Shown here: positions 53,673-64,000 of the stretch, in pieces
Layout: every line of letters begins with the position of its first letter
How positions within the stretch are numbered: position 1 is the first letter of the stretch
Assembly: GCA_964016885.1 (NCBI GenBank)
Contig: OZ024757.1
Coordinates: forward strand, 20,956,001 to 21,020,000
Source of the DNA: Eledone cirrhosa
Lineage: Eukaryota
Length of the DNA stretch: 64,000 bases
Direction of reading: 5' to 3'
Position numbers and translations under genes: made by a program
Notes under the pieces: generated by a model
What the model saw: only the letters and a program-made list of their open reading frames with translations
What the model was told of the DNA's origin: nothing
Database searches by the model: none

Positions 53673-53704
<32 letters not shown>
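53357..53704 (+). mobile_element. SINE-A
   Basis: Head, CORE domain and (GAT)n tail after (TA)n. Confidence 0.85.
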
Positions 53705-55029
53705 ATATATACAGTAATAGAGTGTATGTATAATACTAGAGTGTATATCATTCTGCAGTTGACAATAATGGAGAAATCTATTCCCGTAACCTGGACGTAT
53801 TAACCCCCTTACTTCAGATATCAAGAACTTGGAATAATTAAAAACTGATACAACATAGAAGGGCCTCTTTAAATATGTTATTGACTACATTGTGTTTGTG
53901 GCTTGGTGAATGGTACACTAGATTGTGAAGTGTTTACTGATAAGAAGGGCATCTAACTCTACCTCACATCAAACTCAATCAAAATGCACTCAATTTTGTG
54001 ACTATCTTCTGCACCCTTTTATCATTTGAGTAACATGTGCAGAAATGTTACAAATTGCTGTAAAAATCTTTTGAAGTTATTGCACAATAATTGGAGCTAT
54101 TGTTCAATAACTGTTCACCACATCTCTCATACATGATTAGGTAATGTGTGGTTTCTATTTGTTTAAATTCCTTTATGGATCATGGAAGATATTTGGATGT
54201 ATTGTCAGGACTGTTTCATCTGGTCCATTAAATACTCGTTTGATATGACAATCTGCAACAAACTTTCTCAACATTCAACAGTTCAATATTTTTTTTAAAG
54301 GATTTTCAACATTTTTATGATTTATGCAGCATTTATTTTTGTCTTTTTGTCTTTGGAGAAAGTTTTCTGTTGTTGATTTCTAAAAGAAATCCCATTTTTT
54401 TTTCAATCATGGATTTTCTGAATAAAATCATTCTTGTTTATGGATGTTAAATAGCTTAAAGGTGGGTAGAGGTGTAGGGTGGATAGGGTGTATGTGGGGG
54501 AGGGGATAGGGAGTATGAGGAGTGGGTAGAGGGTGTGAGGAATGAGTAGAGGAGAGGGGTGGGTTGAGGGCATGAGGGGCGGATGGGGTTATGAGGGGTG
54601 GATAAAGGGTGTGAAATATGATAGGGGTGTGAGGGGGTGGTAGTGGAATAAGAAATATAAAGGAATGATTGAGAGAAAGGAAAGGAGGGGGGAGAAGGGT
54701 AGATAGGGTGTATATAGAGAAGGGGTGAGGGAGGAGAAGGGTACTCATGAGGTATATATAGGGATAGATGAACTAGAAAATAAGGGTGGGGTTTAGAAAA
54801 ACAAAAGAAGAAAAAGAGGAAAGGGACAAAAGCGGGCACAAAATGAATGAAGTAGGGGGTCACCCCTTCCTCTACAAAGAGCAACAGGGACCCAAAAATG
54901 GCAAAAAGAGTAATGAAGACCCCGAAAACAACAACAACAACAACATCAGTAACTAGGACAATAACAATAAGGACCCAAAAATAACAACAACAACAATGGC
55001 GGCAACAACAACCACAAAACAACGACAAC

Positions 55030-55885
55030 AAGAACAACAACTATGACAACAACAACAACAACAAAACGACACACGACACTGACACCCCCACCACCACCAA
55101 CACCAACACCCATAACATCAACGACACCACCAACACCAACAACACCAACGACACTGACACCACCAACAACAACAACCCCAACAACAACACCAGCACCAAC
55201 AACACCACCAACAACAACCCCAACAACAACACCAGCACCACCAACAACACCAACAACAACACCAGCACCCACAACATCAACGACACCACCAACACCAACA
55301 ACACCAGCAACACCAACAACAACAACAACAACAACACCAACAACGACACCACCAACACCACCAACACCAACGACACCGACACCACCACCAACAACAACAC
55401 CACCACCAACATCAACAACACCACCAACAACCCCAACAACAACACCACCAACAACCCCAACAACAACATCAACAACCCCAACACCACCAACAACACCACC
55501 ACCGACAACCCCAACACCAGCACCAACAACAACAACAACAATTACAAGAAAAACAGTTAGAAGAGCTTCAACAGCATAACTGTGTTTGACATAAAATGTA
55601 ATGAGGGGAGTAATGATGGGGGGTAGGGTGAGGAGGAAAGAGAGGGAGGGCTGCTTCATGGTGAGGGTGGTGGTGGGGCTGATGATGGTGGGGTAATGGT
55701 GGTGGTGGAGGTGGTGGTGGTGGGGTGATGGTGGTGGTGGAGGTGGTGGTGGGGTGATGGTGAGCTGATGGTGGTGGAGTAATTGTGGTGGTGTGGTGAT
55801 GATGAGGGTGGTGGTAATGATGGGGTGGTTGGGGTGATGATAGGGGTGGTGGGGTAATGATGGTGGGGTGATGGTAGGGTGATGG
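55030..55885. repeat. (ACA/CCA)n and (GGT)n low-complexity tracts
   Basis: Directly visible. Confidence 0.85.
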
Positions 55886-56281
55886 AGAATTTCACCAAGA
55901 TGCTACAAGACTTGATGACTTCCAAATAAGGAAGTAGATGCAGAGTTTTATAGAACTTACTAGAAGTAAAAAAGGGACAGCTGTAATGATCCCACTTTAT
56001 GTGATGGAGGAGGAGGGGGTATGGTAGTAAATGTAATACGGGGTTGGAGTAGATTTTTCTTTCTGCTGGCACAGGCTCAGAAATTAGTTGGGGAAGTGTA
56101 TGTATTTGATGGAATTAACCCAAGTATATACCCGGTACTTGTAACTATCAACCACAATAGGAAGGTAACAACAATACCTTAGATATAGGACTTCATGCTA
56201 TAAACCTCTGATGGACTGGAATCCTGCCCAAGGAACTGAGATAAGTACCAGTATAATGAGCTTCTGGGTTTCAGACTTTAA

Positions 56282-56806
56282 CCCTTTAGTGTTCAAATTG
56301 GCCAAAACCGGTTAGAATTCTCTACCTCTTTCTGTTGAAACTGGCTGTAACTGGTCGCTCAAACTGATGTTAAGGTATTGTTCTCAAAATAAATACTTTC
56401 AAAATCTCATAGATTCGATATTATGTGAGATAATTATGTGAGGTAAAGCCTTTACCATGAAAATACAATAGTATATATAGAGTAATGTGAATGTTATGTG
56501 AGGTAAAGCCTTTACCATGAAAATATGATAGTATATTATGTGAGGTAAAGCCTTTACCGTGAAAATATAATAGTATATATAAAATAATTGTTTCTACTTT
56601 TGGCACAAGGCCAGCAAATACCCAGTACATTACTGGTACTTTATTGTATCGACCCCGTAAGGATGAAAGGCAAAGTTAACCTCGGCGGGATTTGAACTCA
56701 GACTGTAAAGGGACGTAACTATGCTGGAAAGCATGGCGTCCGACTCTCTACTGATACTGCCAATCCACCGCCCTGGTATATATAAAATAATGTGAATGCT
56801 AAAGGG
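56282..56806. mobile_element. piggyBac-type MITE with a nested SINE-B (~56586-56775, minus strand)
   Basis: TTAA-flanked CCCTTT/AAAGGG termini; SINE flanked by 16-bp TSD gtatatataaaataat. Confidence 0.88.
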
Positions 56807-57981
56807 TTAACCCTGCGATGGACTGGTAGTATCCTATTCAGGGTCACTCATAATCTCATTTACACCAAGGGAACAGGGATGAGTTCCAGGATATTGAGTC
56901 TTCAGGCGTGACAGAGATTTTAGACTCTTTTTTTTAGACATTTACTGGGCTCCATATAATCATGTTTCCATCTCTCTCCAAATTGCTGGCCTTGTTTCTA
57001 TCTTAAAAACCATTTTCATCTTCAGGAATAGTATTTTCTGTCTAAACTCTAGCAGAGAAATACAGAAATATTAATGTTTGCTAAATGGTGATTAAAATCG
57101 ACTAGCTAGAACATACAGTAGCAGCAGACGAGAACTGGAGAGAAATATGTAATAAAAATGGTGACTTTGTATGGTAATTTAGTCATAGCAAGTGTTCAAT
57201 AAAACTTCTATAAAAGTCCAGCAAGCTTCAGAAAAAGCAGCTAAATTTAATATAAGGAGAGCAGTTATCGAGAGATGAATAAATAAGCATGCAAATACAT
57301 ACGTAATAGCTTTGAAATCTAATCTAAGAAATTCATATTTTCTTTTGAGATTTTTATGTCTGTTCATATGATAAGTTATTTGAAATGCAATTGAACATGT
57401 AGAGACTGGAAGTAAATTGAATTTAAATATTATCTAATGACATAACTTCTGTTGATTCCGGTAATGGACTTTCAGTAGTTTGGTCAACTGAATACCTTGC
57501 TTCTTTAACTGAGTATTCTACAAAGATGTGTAACTTTAATGTAATTTCCAAGCTGAATAAGCATGGCACAGGTTATGTGAAAGAGCTGGACCTTTCTATT
57601 ACATACACTATTGGGATAAATGTTTCCAGTACATGCTTTAAAGTTGTTGGTATTAGGAAGGGCATCCAGTTGTAGAAACCCTGCTCCCAGTACATCCTAT
57701 AATGTAAGAGTGTCAGGGTCATGATAAAATGCTCAAAATACTTGGCATTAGGAAGATCATCCAGCTGTAGAAACTAAACTCCCAGTACATGCTGGAAAGT
57801 GGTTGGTGTTAGAAAGAGCATCCAGCTATTGAATTGAATGTTGAAGCAAAATATGGTCACATGACTAGCTTAGTCTAAAAAATGTGACAACTCATCTAAC
57901 CTATGCAAGAATGGAAGAAAATAGAGGTTAAAGGATGAGGATAAAGATAAAGATAATAATAATAATATTTATACTTATATA

Positions 57982-58323
57982 TGGAGGCACATGGCTTAGT
58001 GGTTAGAGCATTGGCCTTGCAATCGAAAGGTTGTGAGTTCAATTCTCAGACCGGGTGATGTGGTGTTTCCTTGAGCAAGACACTTTATTTCACATTGCTC
58101 CAGTTTACTCAGCTTTAGAAATGAGATGATAGGGACTGGGATCCATATCATTCCACTGCAAAGTGGTCGTGGAGGTGCCACGCCAAAAAAGCACCCAGCA
58201 CTCACTGTAAATGAGGTTGGTGTTAGGAAGGGCATCCCGCTGTAGAAGTCAAGCCAGAATCAGTTCCCGTCCCACCCTTGCAAGCAGGGAAAAGTGGACG
58301 TAAAATGAAAATGAAATGATGAT
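57982..58323 (+). mobile_element. SINE-A
   Basis: Full-length copy. Confidence 0.87.
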
Positions 58324-58685
58324 ATAATCTATATACAATTATAAATAAGAAAGGGTAATATTTTGTATTTCCCAACTACCAGTAAGAAAATTAGCTCACT
58401 GTAAAATATCAGAAATATTACAGAGCAGAAATACAAAATATAAAACAATCAAATTTTTGTTTAATGCATTTAATTGCTGATGACCGTTTCTTCCAGACAA
58501 ATGTCTGAAATCATCGGAGCATACACAATGTTTAAACAAGCAATCATATTCCTAATCTTTAGAACATTTTTTTATTTTTATTTTGATGGAAGATAACAAG
58601 AACAAAATGATATTACAATGAAAAGATAGCAAAATATTGAAAAGTGTTATAGAGAGAGTATTATTTAAAGTCAATATATCAAGCA

Positions 58686-59019
58686 TTGGTTAGAGCATTG
58701 GCCTTGCAATCGAAAGGTTGTAAGTTCAATTCTCAGACTGGGTGATGTGTTGTTTCCTTGAGCAAGACACTTTATTTCACATTGCTCCAGTTTACTCAGC
58801 TGTAGAAATGAGATGATAGGGACTGGGGTCCCTATCATTCCACTGCAAAGTGGTCGTGGAGGTGCCGCAGCAAAAAAGCACCCAGCACTCACTGTAAAAT
58901 GAGGTTGGTGTTAGGAAGGGTATCCAGCTGTAAAAATCAAGCCAGAATCAGTTCCCGTCCCACCCTTGCAAGCAGGGAAAAGCGGACGTATGGATGATGA
59001 TGATGATGATGATGATGAT
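58686..59019 (+). mobile_element. SINE-A, slightly 5'-truncated
   Basis: As other copies. Confidence 0.85.
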
Positions 59020-59724
59020 AGAATGCATTAAGGTAAGGCAGATGCATAGTGAGAGTTTGATTGTTTTATATTTTGATATATATATAGATATGTGTGTATG
59101 TATATTTATACATATATGTGTGTGTGTGTATGTATATATGTATGTCTTTGAGTATATATATATATATATATATATAAAAGAAAATTTCGCTCTACATGGC
59201 TGAATACAATAAATGTAATCTGAGTTGTTCGAATATTAATAATAACATTCGATTCGTTTGCAATTATGCAAACAAGCCTCAATTTTATAGCCATGTCAGT
59301 AGAATGAACACTTCATTCTTGTCCTTGTGTTGGCATACGAACAGATATATAAATCAGGATGGATTCAGTTTGAGACTAGTTAGATCATTACTCAACAGAG
59401 TACTCAATACTTGCAGTAGTAGAGTATGGTTATATTATAAAGAGTTGTGACCCCGATTGTTGAGCTCTTGCTGTTTCAATAGCTAGTTCCAGACAGTTTG
59501 CCAATGGCTTTCGCGGTTAACTGGGTGTGTTGTTTGTCCAAATAAGGGCATACATTGTTTATCCAATTGTAAAATCTCTTCACATGTGTAGGTTATTTTT
59601 TTTATATGGTTAGGCAATGGTTGTGTGTATAGATATCTATACACAAAACCATTCCCTAACCATATAAAAAACATAGGCCTTTGGAAATTAGTCTGGAACT
59701 TGCTGTTTCAACAGCAAGAGCTCA

Positions 59725-59772
<48 letters not shown>

Positions 59773-59875
59773 TATATACACATATATATACATATATATT
59801 TATATATATATATATACATATTTACATATATATACATATATATATATATACATATTTACATATATATACATATAT

Positions 59876-59917
<42 letters not shown>

Positions 59918-59977
59918 ATTTCGTTTCTGAATTTGTTTAGTAAGATTCTTTATCTGAAAATGTGTGTTGAAACTAGT

Positions 59978-60325
59978 AACATGTAAATAAGCAAATAAAT
60001 AAACAAATATAAACACACACAGACACCCGGATGTAACACATGCGCAAACTAAGCTCACAACACACACAAAAACAAGATGGTGTAGGACAGAACAAAGGAG
60101 AGGCACAAAAACAAAGAAAAGAATCCCTAGTCACTGAAGAGGTCACAGAATGTGTGACGAAAGAACTTTGACAATATATGAACAATCGTCTGGTTGTGGA
60201 ACCAACCAACTGGAAATTTATAAATTCTTAAATTTATAAATTTAATTTATAATAAATTGGAGTGAAAGCAACTGGTACATGTGTTTCTTATTGGCAAGAT
60301 GACCCTCCCAAAGTATAACAATATG
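59978..60325 (+). mobile_element. Penelope LTR-like segment (copy of 30860-31210)
   Basis: High identity to the region downstream of the GIY-YIG remnant. Confidence 0.8.
60130..60172 (+). ncRNA. Minimal type I hammerhead ribozyme motif
   Basis: Stem I gtca/tgac; CTGAAGA; stem II gtcac/gtgac; GAAA; very short stem III; CUU cleavage triplet. Confidence 0.6.
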
Positions 60326-60332
60326 TATACAT

Positions 60333-60375
<43 letters not shown>

Positions 60376-60474
60376 TTCTCTCTCTCACTGAATATTAAAT
60401 ATATATGTTTATATACTTGGTTTTGATTTATCATTGCCATAATTTGGAGCGGAAATAGAAATGAAATATATTCA

Positions 60475-60690
60475 TAAGATACGTAAATGGTTAGAATCAG
60501 ATAGAGAGAGATACATAAATGGTTTGAATCAGATAGAGAGAGATACATAAATGGTTTGAATCAGATAGAGAGAGATACATAAATGATTAGAATCAGATAG
60601 AGAGAGATATATAAATGGTTAGAATCAGATAGAGAGAGATACGTAAATGGTTAGAATCAGATAGAGAGAGATACGTAAATGGTTAAACTT
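60475..60690. repeat. 32-bp tandem repeat, ~6-7 copies
   Basis: Unit aaatggttagaatcagatagagagagatacRt. Confidence 0.88.
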
Positions 60691-60894
60691 AGAGAGAGAG
60701 GGGAGAGAGAGAGAGAGACTTCTCTTAAATGTTGGCCAGACAAATTAATCCTTCTTTACTTAAAACCATAAAACATTATTTTAAACAGGTTTCTAATTTC
60801 ATCTTTTATTCTGAAAATTTCTGTTTATGTGTGTGTGTGTGTAAATAGATATTTTATATTTATATCGAAGGGAAAGCAGACATTGAATAATGGC

Positions 60895-60925
<31 letters not shown>

Positions 60926-61002
60926 ACGAAGGAATTGTGGTAAGAAACCAGATGGACCATAACGCACCAGAGTACTCAATACTCAGGGTAGTAGAGTGGG
61001 AA

Positions 61003-61126
61003 ATAGGAAAAAGTATGACCCCGATGGCAGAGCTCAAGCTGTTTCGACGGCTATTTCTAGACTATTTTAGTCTAGAAATAGCCGTCGAAACGGCTTGAGC
61101 TCTGCCATCGGGGTCATACTTTTTCC

Positions 61127-61129
<3 letters not shown>
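61003..61129. repeat. Near-perfect hairpin: 62-bp arms, 3-nt spacer
   Basis: ataggaaaaagtatgacccc...ctagacta-ttt-tagtctag...ggggtcatactttttcctat, one mismatch. Confidence 0.92.
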
Positions 61130-61160
<31 letters not shown>

Positions 61161-61173
61161 GATAGATATATAC

Positions 61174-61208
<35 letters not shown>

Positions 61209-61883
61209 GAGAGAGAGATGTATGTATGCATAATATATAATATACAATATACATAAACACATACACATATATAGACATACACATATATATACATATGTAC
61301 AGACACACACACACACACACATATATATATGCTTATATTTATATAGCAGGAAAAAGAGACATTAAATGATCTGGATGATATATATGATAGATTAGATAGA
61401 GTGATAGACATCATCTATATATATATATTTTAATATCTGATATTTCATTTATCTCACGTGTCATGGTACAATCAGCTGCAGTTGTTTGATAAAATCAATT
61501 ATTCGTGAAAACTAATCAGTTGTCTATTTTATGGAAAAGAGAGATTATCCATCAATGGGAGACATTGGAAGAAGGGTGCTGGTATCTTTATCATCTTATT
61601 TCAGCTATTATTTGGGGGAAGATATTGGTGTTGGGGCAGGAGAATCATATCTATGTGTGATATCTATAATCAGGAGCTGAAAATTAGATCAAGGAGTTGT
61701 TTTGGGGAGTCTTTCAGTCCTTGATCTGGGTCCAATCAACCCATGGCTGGGCTTGTAAGCATTCAGGCATTTTAAGCCATCTACAGCATCTTCAATTTTT
61801 CACTGCACATCACAAAACAAAAGACAAGATGGAGTAAGCAGATTAAGACCAGAAAGAAGAGGAGGCAGAAAAGAGAACAGATA

Positions 61884-61926
61884 GTCATTGAGGAGGTCAC
61901 AGAATGTGTGACGAAAGAACTTTGAC
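61884..61926 (+). ncRNA. Third copy of the minimal hammerhead motif (UUGAGGA variant)
   Basis: gtca-TTGAGGA-ggtcacagaatgtgtgac-GAAA-gaacTT-tgac; motif conserved while the flanks have diverged. Confidence 0.5.
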
Positions 61927-62046
61927 CAACCAACTAACGAATAACTAGTAATAAATATAAAGGGGAAAAGTGAAAATGATACAGTGTGTGTGTGTTTCTT
62001 TTTATTGGTACTACTGACAACATGACAATCTCCAAATATAACAATA

Positions 62047-62598
62047 TTGCTCCAGTTTACTCAGCTGTAGAAATGAGATGATAGGGACTGGGGTCCCTAT
62101 CATTCCACTGCTAAGTGGTCGTGGAGGTGCCACGGCAAAAAAGCACCCAGCACTCAATGTAATGAATACATAACAAATCATCCTTTTTTTATTACTATAT
62201 ATATATATATATGGAGGCACATGGCTTAGTGGTTAGAGCATTGGCCTTGCAATCGAAAGGTTGTGAGTTCAATTCTCAGACCGGTGATGTGTTGTTTCCT
62301 TGAGCAAGACACTTTATTTCACATTGCTCCAGTTTAGTCAGCTGTAGAAATGAGATGATAGGGACTGGGGTCCATATCATGCCACTGCAAAGTGGTCGTG
62401 GAGGTGCCATGGCAAAAAAGCACCCAGCACTCACAGTAAATGAGGTTGGTGTTAGGAAGGGCATCCAGCTGTAGAAATCAAGCCAGCGTCAGTTCCCGTC
62501 CCACCCTTGCAAGCAGGGAAAAGCTGACGTAAAATGATGATGATGATGATGACGATGATGACAACGACGATGATGACGATGATGATGATGATGATGAT
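62047..62598 (+). mobile_element. SINE-A fragment (62047-62160) and full SINE-A (62212-62598)
   Basis: As other copies. Confidence 0.85.
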
Positions 62599-63334
62599 TG
62601 GTGTCAACACATGATTTCACATCAAGAATCTTGCAGAACACAAATACAGAAACTTATCTATATTTCCAAGAAAGAGAAATAAAAGAAGTGTTTGGGATGT
62701 TCTCAGCTGGCAATTATTATGTAAGTCCACCATAACATTGTATATCATGTTGTTTTACATAATTAGGGATCAATGGGAAGTGTGTATATGTGTACGTGTG
62801 TGGGTTGGGGGAGAGGGGGGCAATGAGGAAGTAATGCTGATAGGTGGTGGGGGGGGGGGCAGAGAGTAGAGGGGAGAGGTATGAGGGTGAGAAAGGGAAA
62901 GGAGATAGAATGAAAGGGGAGGGGGGAAAAAAAGGGGTTGGCAATGAGGAAGTAATGCTGAGGGGGGGGGGGGGGGAGAAGAGGAGGAGGAGGGTGATAG
63001 AGAAAAAAGGAGGGGGAAGAGGAGGGTGAAAGCAGGGGTGAGAAGAGATAGAGAAACAGGAGAAAGAGACAGAGAGTGTGTGTGAGTGATGTAGTGTGTG
63101 TGTGTATGATGTAGTGTGTGTGCGTATGTGTGTGTGATGTAGTGTGTGCGTGCGTATGTGTGTGTGATGTAGTGTGTGTGTGTGTGTGCGTATGTGTGTG
63201 TGATGTAGTTTGCTGGCTTCTCTAAACAGGAAAGAAAGACATTAAATCTGAGATTTTAGTTGCTCAAGATTAGAGGAACCAAGTAAACATACATAATGGA
63301 GTGTTAATGTAGTCCCAGCAATGGTGTAGAGTGT

Positions 63335-64000
63335 CAGGGTGTGTAGGGTGTAGGGTCTGAGGGTGTAGGGTGCCAGGGTGTAGGGTCTGACTGAGGGTGT
63401 AGGGTCTGAGGGTGTAGGTCTGTGGGTGTTGGGTGTAAGGTGTAAGGTGTAGGTCTGTGTGTGTAGGGTCTGAGGGTGTTGGGTGTAGGGTGTAGGGTCT
63501 GAGGGTGTAGGTCTGTGGGTGTAGGTCTGTGGGTGTTGGGTGTAGGGTTTGAGGGTGTAGGGTGTCAGGATGTAGGGTGTAGGGTGTGAGGGTGTGAGGG
63601 TGTAGGTCTGTGGGTGTTGGGTGTAGGGTGTAAGGTGTAGGTCTGTGGGTGTAAGGTCTGAGGGTGTTGGGTGTAGGGTGTAGGGTCTGAGGGTGTAGGT
63701 CTGTGGGTGTAGGTCTGTGGGTGTTGGGTGTAGGGTTTGAGGGTGTAGGGTGTCAGGATGTAGGGTGTAGGGTGTGAGGGTGTGAGGGTGTAGGTCTGTG
63801 GGTGTTGGGTGTAGGGTGTAAGGTGTAGGTCTGTGGGTGTAAGGTCTGAGGGTGTTGGGTGTAGGGTGTAGGGTCTGAGGGTGTAGGTCTGTAGGTGTAG
63901 GGTCTGAGGGTGTAGGTCTGTGGGTGTAGGTCTGTGGGTGTAGGGTCTGAGGGTGTAGGTCTGTGGGTGTAGGTCTGAGGGTTGAGGGTGTCAGGATGTA
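63335..64000. repeat. G/T-rich minisatellite of TGTAGGG/TCTGAGGG/TCTGTGGG units, running off the window end
   Basis: Directly visible; contains a higher-order ~180-bp duplication. Confidence 0.9.

Noticed and set aside
55043-55579. Thr/Pro-rich mucin-like ORF
   Set aside because: (ACA/CCA)n low complexity that is open in several frames on both strands, with no unique domain

Overview
This is a gene-poor, AT-rich stretch of eukaryotic DNA made almost entirely of repeats. The repeat content suggests a mollusc, probably a cephalopod such as Octopus, but that is an inference. There are no prokaryotic features and no host gene I can call with confidence. Retroelements include two 5'-truncated RTE-clade LINEs (one with an open 640-codon RT frame carrying an embedded PHD-like finger), an internally deleted RTE copy, fragments of Tx1/L1, CR1, R4/Dong and RTE-X LINEs, and Penelope-like GIY-YIG fragments with minimal hammerhead ribozyme motifs and fold-back palindromes. 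There are three tRNA-headed SINE families (CORE, Meta-like, CORE+V-like). DNA elements include a non-autonomous Helitron and piggyBac- and Tc1/mariner-type MITEs. A 5'-truncated tRNA-Glu pseudogene is also present, along with many satellites, several clearly built from pieces of transposons. The most interesting signals are: a covarying two-hairpin (possible pseudoknot) RNA module reiterated in RTE/SINE tails; hammerhead-bearing fold-back elements; a 74-bp satellite with an HDV-ribozyme-like pairing topology; and family-specific microsatellite insertion preferences. Family names come from recalled motifs, not database searches, and most element boundaries are approximate.
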